This document shows, in pieces, positions 54,401 to 62,426 of a DNA stretch of 64,000 nt. Source of the DNA: a virus; IMG/VR virus record IMGVR_UViG_3300005264_000830, positions 32,001 through 96,000 of that record; one strand, 5' to 3'. The position numbers were made by a program, and so were the translations under genes. The notes beneath the pieces are model-generated. The model was not told where the DNA came from, did no database searches, and was given only the letters and a program-made list of their open reading frames with translations. The stretch's first letter is position 1. Each line of letters opens with the position of its first letter.

Positions 54401-55029
54401 AAGTAAGGGGAAATAGACAATCTTCTGGCTCAGAAGTTGAACGAATGAATTTTTCTGGTATTACTTTTAATGAAAATTTAGGGATATATGTAGACCATGT
54501 ACATTTTTATTTCGGCACTTCGGCTACATCTGTTACTGTTGATTTAAATAGAGAGTATGATATGAACCGTACTGTATTTTGGGCAGGGCAGGCACAATCG
54601 ATGATGCGCACTAATACTACCAGTACTTCAGTTGGGCCACAACATGGTTATTTTAAAGCTGAATTTCAAGATTCAACTACGTTATTGGTTACAAGAAATG
54701 TGTCTTCTCCAGCGTATGAGTCTTGGGGGCACGTATATTTAATAGAGATACCTTTACCTACTTATAAAGTAGCTGGCGTGGTAAGAGAAAAAGGTAGTTT
54801 TGTTGAGAGAACCCTCCATTTACATAGGTCTGACACTGGAGAATTTATGGCCAAAACTACTTCCAGTGGTATCGATGGTACGTATGAGTTTCTTACTACA
54901 TATAGTGGGTCTACTTATGTAGTTTGTTTTGATGATGTTGAGGGAACACAATATAATGGGTTAATAGAAACAGAAGTATTTCCTACAGTCCTTACAGGAA
55001 CATGGGCAGCTGACCAAGGATGGGTGTAA
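51484..55029 (+). CDS. Putative tail fibre/adhesin with three internal repeats and a shared C-terminal module
   Basis: 1181 aa; three GQD..NC and three EF.P..V.V..G motifs. Confidence 0.65.
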   Translation: MSQLALSVEFIDLEMAGTTEATTSGMLTKGQDISNCVPFMSHYCENESWDGQMTDYWFTDVGGPAINARRTTPRDNTIYIKGYVVEFDPEKVKVYQGDIPTTINYNSETSVTVTTASGAYDTSRTAMKFYYRVDGSSNPTYPGQFLVRGQVVDGTSISFNKHVNVANTHYGHYFMFESIDDDFTVEHNSGTFTGGIGIEVPVYDWHNSFLICSNSTSWNGTGTDYATMRAYLWGNSRIHMNRQSSSYTCYYNTQLIEFSNEATLSGVRYCPKITNYHSMNTTTTERTLTHRENHIQNSDTLMMSVTQNPTRNASTTQNNQEGAFHAIWCTNSGTQYIIKRAVSTFYAYPTYYLIDWNGQYPQYPDLGTNPAPIASGTSPVKSVENIVTNIAEHVEVVHLSKGQDVANCIVFESGFSNKTSSYEQYYQHEAMTYFRGNELYIERGNEGWDRHTDLSVVEFYPDQVRVQQGQFIIDRNATETTVTLDYEIDIEKTFLVFGHFMGGSEGQWGYHQVLGYTQNTTTLHFSRGTASTYPIMGSWYIAEDLGDNWDVKRVNTGFSSFSSYSYEWPWHASIYNTFVLISNKIDTTNGAPIYSTWRTFNHGPLDSGRVDRYSNSYNTQVGIQVIKFTNDDRIRTHYSARNLTGTEESETYTPYTAMSGMNVTAVLSSLNGQYRTNSTSSSRSVCAFARIHYDEDTNQVTLSRNNGSNYSVTSEATIYTVAWEGFESNTGDKEIDNYGYFIKSIDRHTYTGSTRRWQTRIENGQDLNNCIPITTCGIGETAAADLERMFFTPWIYPDLGRIHYEAYWTPNNPGIDMALQLLEFDPEQVKVQRGYTYLWNGAATATNVIEEVDITKTFMMHYVYVSDNVGTTFGGASIAGKINTSTELHFERGNTTGSTMITWYVVECLQDQWVVQHGEINNSNTTYYTWDCIDMPEHRSITWMSYAQEQTQFYPSYCMFRTYANHDQRGIYQVRGNRQSSGSEVERMNFSGITFNENLGIYVDHVHFYFGTSATSVTVDLNREYDMNRTVFWAGQAQSMMRTNTTSTSVGPQHGYFKAEFQDSTTLLVTRNVSSPAYESWGHVYLIEIPLPTYKVAGVVREKGSFVERTLHLHRSDTGEFMAKTTSSGIDGTYEFLTTYSGSTYVVCFDDVEGTQYNGLIETEVFPTVLTGTWAADQGWV

Positions 55030-55343
55030 TGCCAGATTTTGATTTTATACAAGATAGGAATACTTTTCCAATATCTACAGAACTCGATTTTAATTTTGGA
55101 GCAGGACAAATAAATGTTTTAGCAGGAAACTCTAATGTAATTACAGCGATTTGGGCAGAACCAGATGCAGGCAGGTCTTCAGGAAAGATGCATGTTACTT
55201 CTTATGGAGAAGGAGCAGCATTTTCTATATTAGATTTAAAAACTAAAATATTATATGACAGATATACTGTTACAGTAAAAGGCAGAGCTAACGAGACATT
55301 GAAGCAAGAAGATCCAAAAGATTTAGTTGGGGGAAGTGAATAA
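55029..55343 (+). CDS. Small virion protein with N-terminal DFxF motifs
   Basis: TAATG-coupled start at 55029; PDFDF...LDFNFG. Confidence 0.6.
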   Translation: MPDFDFIQDRNTFPISTELDFNFGAGQINVLAGNSNVITAIWAEPDAGRSSGKMHVTSYGEGAAFSILDLKTKILYDRYTVTVKGRANETLKQEDPKDLVGGSE

Positions 55344-55344
55344 A

Positions 55345-57210
55345 ATGACAGATAAAGTTTCTTATAGAATAGATTATACGAAAGTAGATTCTGATTTAGA
55401 AGATTTTCCAGTAGATATATGGATAACCACTGATACAGTACCTGCATCTATGTTTAATTCTTTTTTTACTAATGATACTTTTGATCCTACAGAGTTTAAA
55501 GTAATAAATCCAGAGACTGATGCAGAGTTGTATACTGAAATATCTTATTACGATTATAGTTCTAAAGAAATGATGTTACATGTAAAGGTTCCTGATGTAT
55601 ATTCAGATAAATATTCTTATGTGGATATTGTACCTACTATTACTGGTTCTAATATATATGTAAGTGAAACTGACACTTGGCAAGAAACTACAACTGTTTC
55701 TGGGGATGATTTTACTGGAGACGACATAGATTTTGATCACACACTGTGGTTTATGAGAAAAGCCTTTTACCGTGACGAAGACTACATTAGGATATATAAT
55801 AATAAATTAAAATTTAATATAGAAAACACAACAGACGATCAAGGGATGTGGTTTTATTCTACTTTACGTTTCTTTGGTAATTTTGATGTACGAGTAGATT
55901 TTGAATTTATTGGTGCAGGGTCTAGATGGGCACAGAGAATGGATATGTTTACTACAGAAATGAATGCCTATATAGGGAGATATAATATCTTTGCTGATGG
56001 GTATTATAGATCCGAGATAACTGGAGAAACTTTGGTTCATGGGGGACCTAATGATAGTAGCGGTAAATTTAGAATAGCACGTGTAGGCACAACATTAACT
56101 ACTTATTATTGGGGAGGCTCTAGTTGGGTTAACTATGTAGAGTCAACTAGTTGTCCTTTGACGGAATTTAGGGTATTATTATCAGTAAATACATGGCATA
56201 ACGCTACTAGTTTAGGCTCTACTTTCGATAATTTTACATTTACTGCGGATACTGTTAAATATCAACCTTCAAGCACAGTATGGGATGAGCACTATAAAGC
56301 TGTTTATCATATGTCACAAGACCCTTCTGCTGGAACTAATAGTATTTTAGACTCTACTTATAATGGATGGAACTCTTCTCCTTATGGTTCAATGACTTCA
56401 TTAGATGTGGTGGATGGATCAATCGGAAAAGCTTTGGATTTTGATGGTTTAGATGATTACATAGATATAGGTTATCCTTTATATATGGGAAACCCTGATT
56501 TACACCAAACTATTGAGTTTGTTAGTAACAATGATGGTGTGATGGTGGGCACAGAGAGAACCTCATCTGCTACTGGAGATTCACAACTAAGTGTGGGTAG
56601 TAATGGGACTTTAGTCTATAGAATAGATAATTCAACTAGTGCTCCACATACTGAGTGGATAACTTCTAGTGGTGGGGCTGACATTTCAGAATTCAATTAT
56701 TATGCGTTGAGCGCAGTCGGTGTCAGTAATTCTTATGATATGATAGTAAACGACATAAAAGAGAATGTTGTTTATGATTTTGATGAAGGTAATGAAGAAC
56801 ATTCAAATGTTATGGTAGCAAGACATCGTAATTACACTTACAGTGATGTTTACTATGATATGCAAGTACAGGAAATACGTTTTTCAGATATTACACGTTC
56901 AGATGCTTGGTTAAAGGCCTCCGGTCATTCTATTAAAGGTAGTTTAGTAGAGATTGTGTACCCTACAGTATGCGAAGGGACTGTTAGAGATGGAAGCGGA
57001 ACAACTCTATCTGGCACAGAGGTGAATTTACATAGACGTGTTGATGGTACTTTGGTAGGAAGAACAACTACTACCTCCTCTGGTACTTTTTCTGTAGGTT
57101 CTATATACGCAGAAGATCATTATATAGTAGCGTTACCTTTGGATGATTCTTTTAATGCACTTATTTATGATTATATTAATCCTACGTATAGTGGGGAGCT
57201 TAATGTATAA
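55345..57210 (+). CDS. DUF2341-like/LamG adhesin-like protein with shared C-terminal module
   Basis: KVDSDLEDFPV, LHVKVP, VWDEHYKAVYHMSQDPS, GKALDFDG; closely parallels the module in the 3499-aa protein; ATG 55345. Confidence 0.68.
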   Translation: MTDKVSYRIDYTKVDSDLEDFPVDIWITTDTVPASMFNSFFTNDTFDPTEFKVINPETDAELYTEISYYDYSSKEMMLHVKVPDVYSDKYSYVDIVPTITGSNIYVSETDTWQETTTVSGDDFTGDDIDFDHTLWFMRKAFYRDEDYIRIYNNKLKFNIENTTDDQGMWFYSTLRFFGNFDVRVDFEFIGAGSRWAQRMDMFTTEMNAYIGRYNIFADGYYRSEITGETLVHGGPNDSSGKFRIARVGTTLTTYYWGGSSWVNYVESTSCPLTEFRVLLSVNTWHNATSLGSTFDNFTFTADTVKYQPSSTVWDEHYKAVYHMSQDPSAGTNSILDSTYNGWNSSPYGSMTSLDVVDGSIGKALDFDGLDDYIDIGYPLYMGNPDLHQTIEFVSNNDGVMVGTERTSSATGDSQLSVGSNGTLVYRIDNSTSAPHTEWITSSGGADISEFNYYALSAVGVSNSYDMIVNDIKENVVYDFDEGNEEHSNVMVARHRNYTYSDVYYDMQVQEIRFSDITRSDAWLKASGHSIKGSLVEIVYPTVCEGTVRDGSGTTLSGTEVNLHRRVDGTLVGRTTTTSSGTFSVGSIYAEDHYIVALPLDDSFNALIYDYINPTYSGELNV

Positions 57211-59377
57211 AGCAAGACCTCCAATTAATAATATACCGTTTAAATTTGGCTCTTCTGGGTATAGTCCGCCGGATTTTAATGCCGTAAATTTTTCTTTCCC
57301 TGCTAGGTTTAGTGATTTAAAGGCAGCTATTGTAGGCAGTAATTTACAAAGAGATTATCTAAAGCACTGCGAAACTTATGTATTAGGATATAATAGTAAT
57401 AATGTACAAATATTAAGACATAGTTGCCTTTATGGAGGAATACGAGATTTACAAGTTAATTTAGATGTTATAGCTAATTTTTTTAATTTATCCGGATATA
57501 TTAAATCAACTTTATATGGATATATCGATTTAAATGAGTCTTTACGCGGTTGGGGGGAAGGTACTTTAGATTTACAGGGGGTGTTGAAGTCATGGAATCG
57601 AGAAGTGGTAAAGAATCTACCTGTTTATATGAAGCAAGGGGAAACTTCTCAATTAGATTTATCTAAATATGTAGATATATTTCAATCTTCATATACAGAC
57701 CTGAATAAATTAATTAAAGGGTGGTCAACAGGTAATATAAGAGATTTAGTTAATACTGTAAAACCATGGTATTCTGCTAATACAGATCTTTCTGAATATT
57801 TGAGGCCGACCACACAACAAACATCTGATTTAATTTTAGATATATTTAAAATCTGGCAAACTAAACAATATAATATCAATGCGATGTTGCACGGCTGGCA
57901 AGAGATGCAGTTACAAAAGATTATACAGGTATTGCATACAAAAGATTTGCCGGCGAGTATAAGGGCAACTTATTTAAACAATTTAGGAGTGTGGTTATAT
58001 GCAATACAGCCTGTGGATATTTCTGCTAATTTAATGGCTTGGGCAGCTATGAATCTACCAGTATATATTGAAGATGGACCATATGCGGGAGACTTGCCTA
58101 AGTATATCTATGGTATTGACTCTGTAGATCTTAGGGCTAGATTACTAGTTAGAAAAGCTTTTGAAGTGGCCAAAGATTTAAATTTTAGATTGACAAATTT
58201 ACAAGAAAGAAATTTATCTATACATTTAAATACAATTCAATATACTGATTTAAATATATATTTACTTTCTTCAAGACAGTTAGTGGATCTACAAGTTAAA
58301 ATATATCCAAAAATAGTTCATATTAAACATCGTATTAATATAGATTTTTTAGAACATAGGGATCTAGCAGCGGTAATAAATTTTTCTTGTTTTAGTTCGA
58401 TGTTTCGTAATTTAGCTTTTACTATAGATGTAAAACAAAGTAAGGATTTATCTATGTATATCTACGGAACTGATGAAGCGAATATAAGTAATTTAAGATT
58501 TAGTATCAACACTTCTGATTATATGACACAGAATACGGTTGTATCACAATATTTAAATATAAAAAGTCCTACGTCATACACTACCTTAAAATATAAAAAG
58601 AAATCCACTGTGTGTACTATTAATACTATTTCTGTACTTAGTGCTAATATAGGTAGAAGTTATCTTGATTTATCTTTAAATATAGATGGCCAGTATATAC
58701 ATAAAGATCTAGGTATTATTATTCGACCATATATAAACAGGCATTATGAATCTCCTTCTGTTTTGCAAAAATTCATTATATTGAAATTAAAAAATAATCA
58801 AGAAGATTTTAGACGTTATGTGGAACTAACTTTTAATAGTTATGTAAACACTTATTATTATTTTTCTGGAAATCGGAAAGTGTATAGGATGTATAGAGAT
58901 GACCATTGGGTGGTACAAGTAGAAGGAAGTAAGTTGTTACCTGTAGGGCAAGGCTTTGAAAAAACAAAAGTACGAAGAAAATATATTTTTAATTTGAAAA
59001 ATTATACTTCTATTGATGAAGCAATACGAGACATGGTAGACAGGGTTACTCAACTTAAGAGTGTCGATTTATCAGCTTATATAGTCGGTGTTAATGATAG
59101 ATTAAAAAACTTACCTATAAATATATTTGCGAGAAGAGTTTATAAATCTAATAGGATATTATCAGCGCTGATAAAAGGTGGAACCACGCAATATAGAACC
59201 TTATCTTCGCGAATTAATGCTGTATTGACCACCGCTACTTATAATCTATCTTCTACTATTATAGCAGTTAGTTATAAAAGTACCGTAGGTCGAGCAGATT
59301 TTAATTTTATAGGTACAGGGGATGTAATGCCGCCAGCCGAGGATGCAGATTTTATTTTTAAATTGGAGAATGATTAA
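57203..59377 (+). CDS. Putative virion protein with periodic DLxxxI repeats
   Basis: GGGGAG RBS before ATG 57203; DLKAAI, DLQVNL, DLNESL, DLPASI and similar repeats. Confidence 0.62.
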   Translation: MYKARPPINNIPFKFGSSGYSPPDFNAVNFSFPARFSDLKAAIVGSNLQRDYLKHCETYVLGYNSNNVQILRHSCLYGGIRDLQVNLDVIANFFNLSGYIKSTLYGYIDLNESLRGWGEGTLDLQGVLKSWNREVVKNLPVYMKQGETSQLDLSKYVDIFQSSYTDLNKLIKGWSTGNIRDLVNTVKPWYSANTDLSEYLRPTTQQTSDLILDIFKIWQTKQYNINAMLHGWQEMQLQKIIQVLHTKDLPASIRATYLNNLGVWLYAIQPVDISANLMAWAAMNLPVYIEDGPYAGDLPKYIYGIDSVDLRARLLVRKAFEVAKDLNFRLTNLQERNLSIHLNTIQYTDLNIYLLSSRQLVDLQVKIYPKIVHIKHRINIDFLEHRDLAAVINFSCFSSMFRNLAFTIDVKQSKDLSMYIYGTDEANISNLRFSINTSDYMTQNTVVSQYLNIKSPTSYTTLKYKKKSTVCTINTISVLSANIGRSYLDLSLNIDGQYIHKDLGIIIRPYINRHYESPSVLQKFIILKLKNNQEDFRRYVELTFNSYVNTYYYFSGNRKVYRMYRDDHWVVQVEGSKLLPVGQGFEKTKVRRKYIFNLKNYTSIDEAIRDMVDRVTQLKSVDLSAYIVGVNDRLKNLPINIFARRVYKSNRILSALIKGGTTQYRTLSSRINAVLTTATYNLSSTIIAVSYKSTVGRADFNFIGTGDVMPPAEDADFIFKLEND

Positions 59378-60870
59378 TGGAAATATTGAGAGTAGGAAAA
59401 ATACGGAAATACACTACTATTATGTCAGCAGTTGATGCAGCTTCTGTAGGAGATGTAGTATTAATCGATGAAGGGATATATACAGAGAGTATCAAAATAA
59501 CTAAAGCAATACATATAGTCGGAAATACTTTGTACCCTGGAAAAGGGCAAGTAATTTTAGCAGGGTTTGATGATGCGAGTAACGGCTGGGATACTACATT
59601 ATATTTTCAAAATATATCAGGCTCATATACTATGTATTTTGAAAATATACACATTAGTCCAATGAATTGGCCGGTAGGTGATATAGATGAGTGTTTTTTT
59701 ATCGTAAACTCATGGGATATTGATTTTGTATTTAACAGGTGTATCTTTGATAGTGGCCGCAATAATGTATTTTTGTTCAAAGGGTACAATTCCTCGGTAA
59801 ACTCAATAACTATGAATAATTGTAGAGGTATATTTAAAGAGGTTATAGATTACCCCTCATCAGGACCGCAGCACTTTAATAATGGTTTGAGATACGTTCT
59901 TCAATATTTTAATAAATGTATATTTAATACTCAAATAGATTTTTCTCATCAATATGTTCCTGTGCCAAGTGTTAGCGACTATGTAATTGACAGAGATCAA
60001 TATGGGTATGGACCTCATTATGGCACAAACGCAAATTTGTTCAATTTATACTATTTTAAAGGAACAGTTACTTCTGAAGTTCCTTCTTCTACTCTTGTAG
60101 ATAATGTTGTATTAGATAAGTTTATAAAGCTACCAGAGATTGTCGTTTCTAATAATGATTTAACTGCCACGGTGTCTAAGAATAATGCCTACGTTGATTA
60201 TGCTGTAAGAACTACTGTTGGAAGATCTGATGGTAAATGGTATTGGGAAGTTATTATGAATAGTGTATATCAATATAGTAAGGATAGATGTGGTATAAGT
60301 TTAGTCACAGCCTCTATCAATCAATCTATAGGAGATACTGTATATAGTTGGGGGTTTGCCCCTACGACTGGAAAATTCTATTATAATGGGGTTTGTATAA
60401 GCACTGTAGACCCATGTTTTCCTGGAGATATTATAGGAATCGCTTTAGATATGTTTAATGGTAATGTGTGGTTTTCAAAAAATGGAACTTGGATGTTAAA
60501 TGGAGATCCTAGTTTGGGAGTCAATCCGGTATTTACAGATATAAAAGGGGTAGTTTATCCTTCTATTTCATTATATAGTAATGAATTTTATGATTCTTCG
60601 GCAGATATAGTATTTGCCATACCTGATTTAACTTATACTATTCCGACTGGGTTTAATTTCTATGGCACAAGTACGATTTGGAGAGTTAAATGTATAAGTG
60701 CAGTAACAAATGAAGTGTTAGGTAGTACACTTTCTGATGCTTTAACTCAAGAGTATTTTTTAGAAACAACATATAGTGGGGAACACTTTGTTATATGTGA
60801 GGACGTAACTGAGGTGCCTGAGTATAATGATCTAATCTTAGGAAGAATGATTCCAAAGGAGTTAATTTAG
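59377..60870 (+). CDS. Beta-helix (pectin-lyase-like) N-terminus plus SPRY/B30.2 domain protein
   Basis: TIMSAVDAASVGDVVLIDEGIYTE; GKWYWEV, GDIIGIALDM..G.VWFSKNG, VYPSISL. Confidence 0.75.
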   Translation: MEILRVGKIRKYTTIMSAVDAASVGDVVLIDEGIYTESIKITKAIHIVGNTLYPGKGQVILAGFDDASNGWDTTLYFQNISGSYTMYFENIHISPMNWPVGDIDECFFIVNSWDIDFVFNRCIFDSGRNNVFLFKGYNSSVNSITMNNCRGIFKEVIDYPSSGPQHFNNGLRYVLQYFNKCIFNTQIDFSHQYVPVPSVSDYVIDRDQYGYGPHYGTNANLFNLYYFKGTVTSEVPSSTLVDNVVLDKFIKLPEIVVSNNDLTATVSKNNAYVDYAVRTTVGRSDGKWYWEVIMNSVYQYSKDRCGISLVTASINQSIGDTVYSWGFAPTTGKFYYNGVCISTVDPCFPGDIIGIALDMFNGNVWFSKNGTWMLNGDPSLGVNPVFTDIKGVVYPSISLYSNEFYDSSADIVFAIPDLTYTIPTGFNFYGTSTIWRVKCISAVTNEVLGSTLSDALTQEYFLETTYSGEHFVICEDVTEVPEYNDLILGRMIPKELI

Positions 60871-62301
60871 ATGGCAGTATTTAGAGTTGGGCCAACCAGA
60901 GCAATTTCTTCAATAATGGAAGCTTACTATATAGTAGATAATGGGGATACGTTATTTATAGATGAAGGAGAGTACCCAGAACTGCTTCATTTTGAAAATA
61001 AAGTAGTCAATCTGATAGGAAATACTAATTTTCCGGAAGAAGGTAGGATTTTAATTAATCCCTTGTCTCGTTCATCTTTAGGCTCAGTTAAGTACGATGT
61101 TCCATTAAAAATAAAGTACCCTGCAGCTAATCCGGCAATAACTATGCTTGTAGAAGGAATAAAATTTATAGGGGATCCTGATACTTGGACATATTCTCTT
61201 GTTTATTTTTCTGATAATGAGCCTGGAGATTTATCTCTATTAAATTTAATATTTAATAGATGTATATTAGATGCAGAAATCAACGGGGTTAGATATCGTG
61301 TAATAGAGTATGCTAATAGTAGTAATAGATCAGTTAATAGTATCACATTTAAAAATTGTGATATATTATGGAGATCTAATGATGCTTTTGGAGCTGCAGA
61401 TTGGCCAGCAATACCTACTAAAGTATTTAATAAATCAGTAGTAAATAGGACGCCTGAAACTTCTTTTAATGTAAAAGATTATATTTATACATATCAAGAA
61501 GAGAATGTAGTAGGTTATGGACCAAAATATGGAAAAACAATGGTAGAAAATCTCCCAAAACAATATTGTATCTCAGGGACAGTTTCAGTGAACGATGTTC
61601 CATCATCAAGAGAGATACGTATTTTTAATCATAGTAGCGATGCTTATATAGGTTCTACTGTTTCAAGCGGCACTACTGGTGAATACTATTTTGGTATGCC
61701 CTTCGGTGGTCTACATTATCTTATATGTCTTGATGATGTAGCAAACCCAAACTACAATGATTTAATAATGTCAAAAATCTCACCTGAAAACTTATCTGAA
61801 TATATCTTTACACCTCTTACAGTGGTTAATCCAGGAGCAGAAACAGGTGATATGACAGGTTGGACTTCTGAACTTGGAGGTATAGAGATTAGGCAAAGTG
61901 GCTATGAATCATCAAATTATTTTAGTGGTGGTAACTACGCTGAATCAATAGTGTCGCAAAGAATTGATTTAATAGCTCAAGGAATAGATACTGACATAAT
62001 AGATACTGCCTCAGATGCTTATGTTTTTTATTTATCTGCCATGACTAAAGTACATAATCAGAGTCCTACTGATCAGTGTTTTTTAGGTTTGAGATATTTG
62101 GATGCTTCTCAGACGATAATAGACACAGATATGTATTCGCCAGCTTTTAATAGTATTACGTGGCAAAGTCGAGGTATTATGCAGACTGTTGTTTCTGGTA
62201 CTAGATATGTAGATATATTAATGAAAGGGTTTCGTAGAACAGGTACTTATTGTAATTCTGATTTTGACAATTTAAAATTAGGGTTATTATATTTACAATA
62301 A
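60871..62301 (+). CDS. Beta-helix N-terminus plus C-terminal galactose-binding/FBA-like domain protein
   Basis: GDTLFIDEGEYPE; VVNPGAETGDMTGW..SQRIDL..GTRYVDI..FDNL. Confidence 0.68.
   Translation: MAVFRVGPTRAISSIMEAYYIVDNGDTLFIDEGEYPELLHFENKVVNLIGNTNFPEEGRILINPLSRSSLGSVKYDVPLKIKYPAANPAITMLVEGIKFIGDPDTWTYSLVYFSDNEPGDLSLLNLIFNRCILDAEINGVRYRVIEYANSSNRSVNSITFKNCDILWRSNDAFGAADWPAIPTKVFNKSVVNRTPETSFNVKDYIYTYQEENVVGYGPKYGKTMVENLPKQYCISGTVSVNDVPSSREIRIFNHSSDAYIGSTVSSGTTGEYYFGMPFGGLHYLICLDDVANPNYNDLIMSKISPENLSEYIFTPLTVVNPGAETGDMTGWTSELGGIEIRQSGYESSNYFSGGNYAESIVSQRIDLIAQGIDTDIIDTASDAYVFYLSAMTKVHNQSPTDQCFLGLRYLDASQTIIDTDMYSPAFNSITWQSRGIMQTVVSGTRYVDILMKGFRRTGTYCNSDFDNLKLGLLYLQ
62264..62293 (+). promoter_or_regulatory. 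Possible sigma70 promoter within the end of a CDS
   Basis: TTGACA, 18 bp, TATATT. Confidence 0.35.
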
Positions 62302-62305
62302 TCTA

Positions 62306-62333
62306 TTGACAAACTTAATACTTGTATTATATT
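62306..62333 (+). promoter_or_regulatory. Sigma70-type promoter
   Basis: TTGACA, 16 bp, TATATT; intergenic. Confidence 0.6.
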
Positions 62334-62385
62334 ACTCTCATTATGTTTTTATTGAACAGAAAGAAAAATAAATTTAAAATGCCTA

Positions 62386-62414
62386 TTGACAAACGATAAA
62401 ACTATGCTTATATT
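62386..62414 (+). promoter_or_regulatory. Sigma70-type promoter
   Basis: TTGACA, 17 bp, TATATT followed by ATATTA, the same as at 19383. Confidence 0.75.
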
Positions 62415-62426
62415 ATATTATGTAAG

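Noticed and set aside
1106-59789. Numerous short minus-strand ORFs and short alternative-frame plus ORFs in the ORF track
   Set aside because: All overlap long + strand genes, lack convincing RBSs and read as antisense or shadow frames
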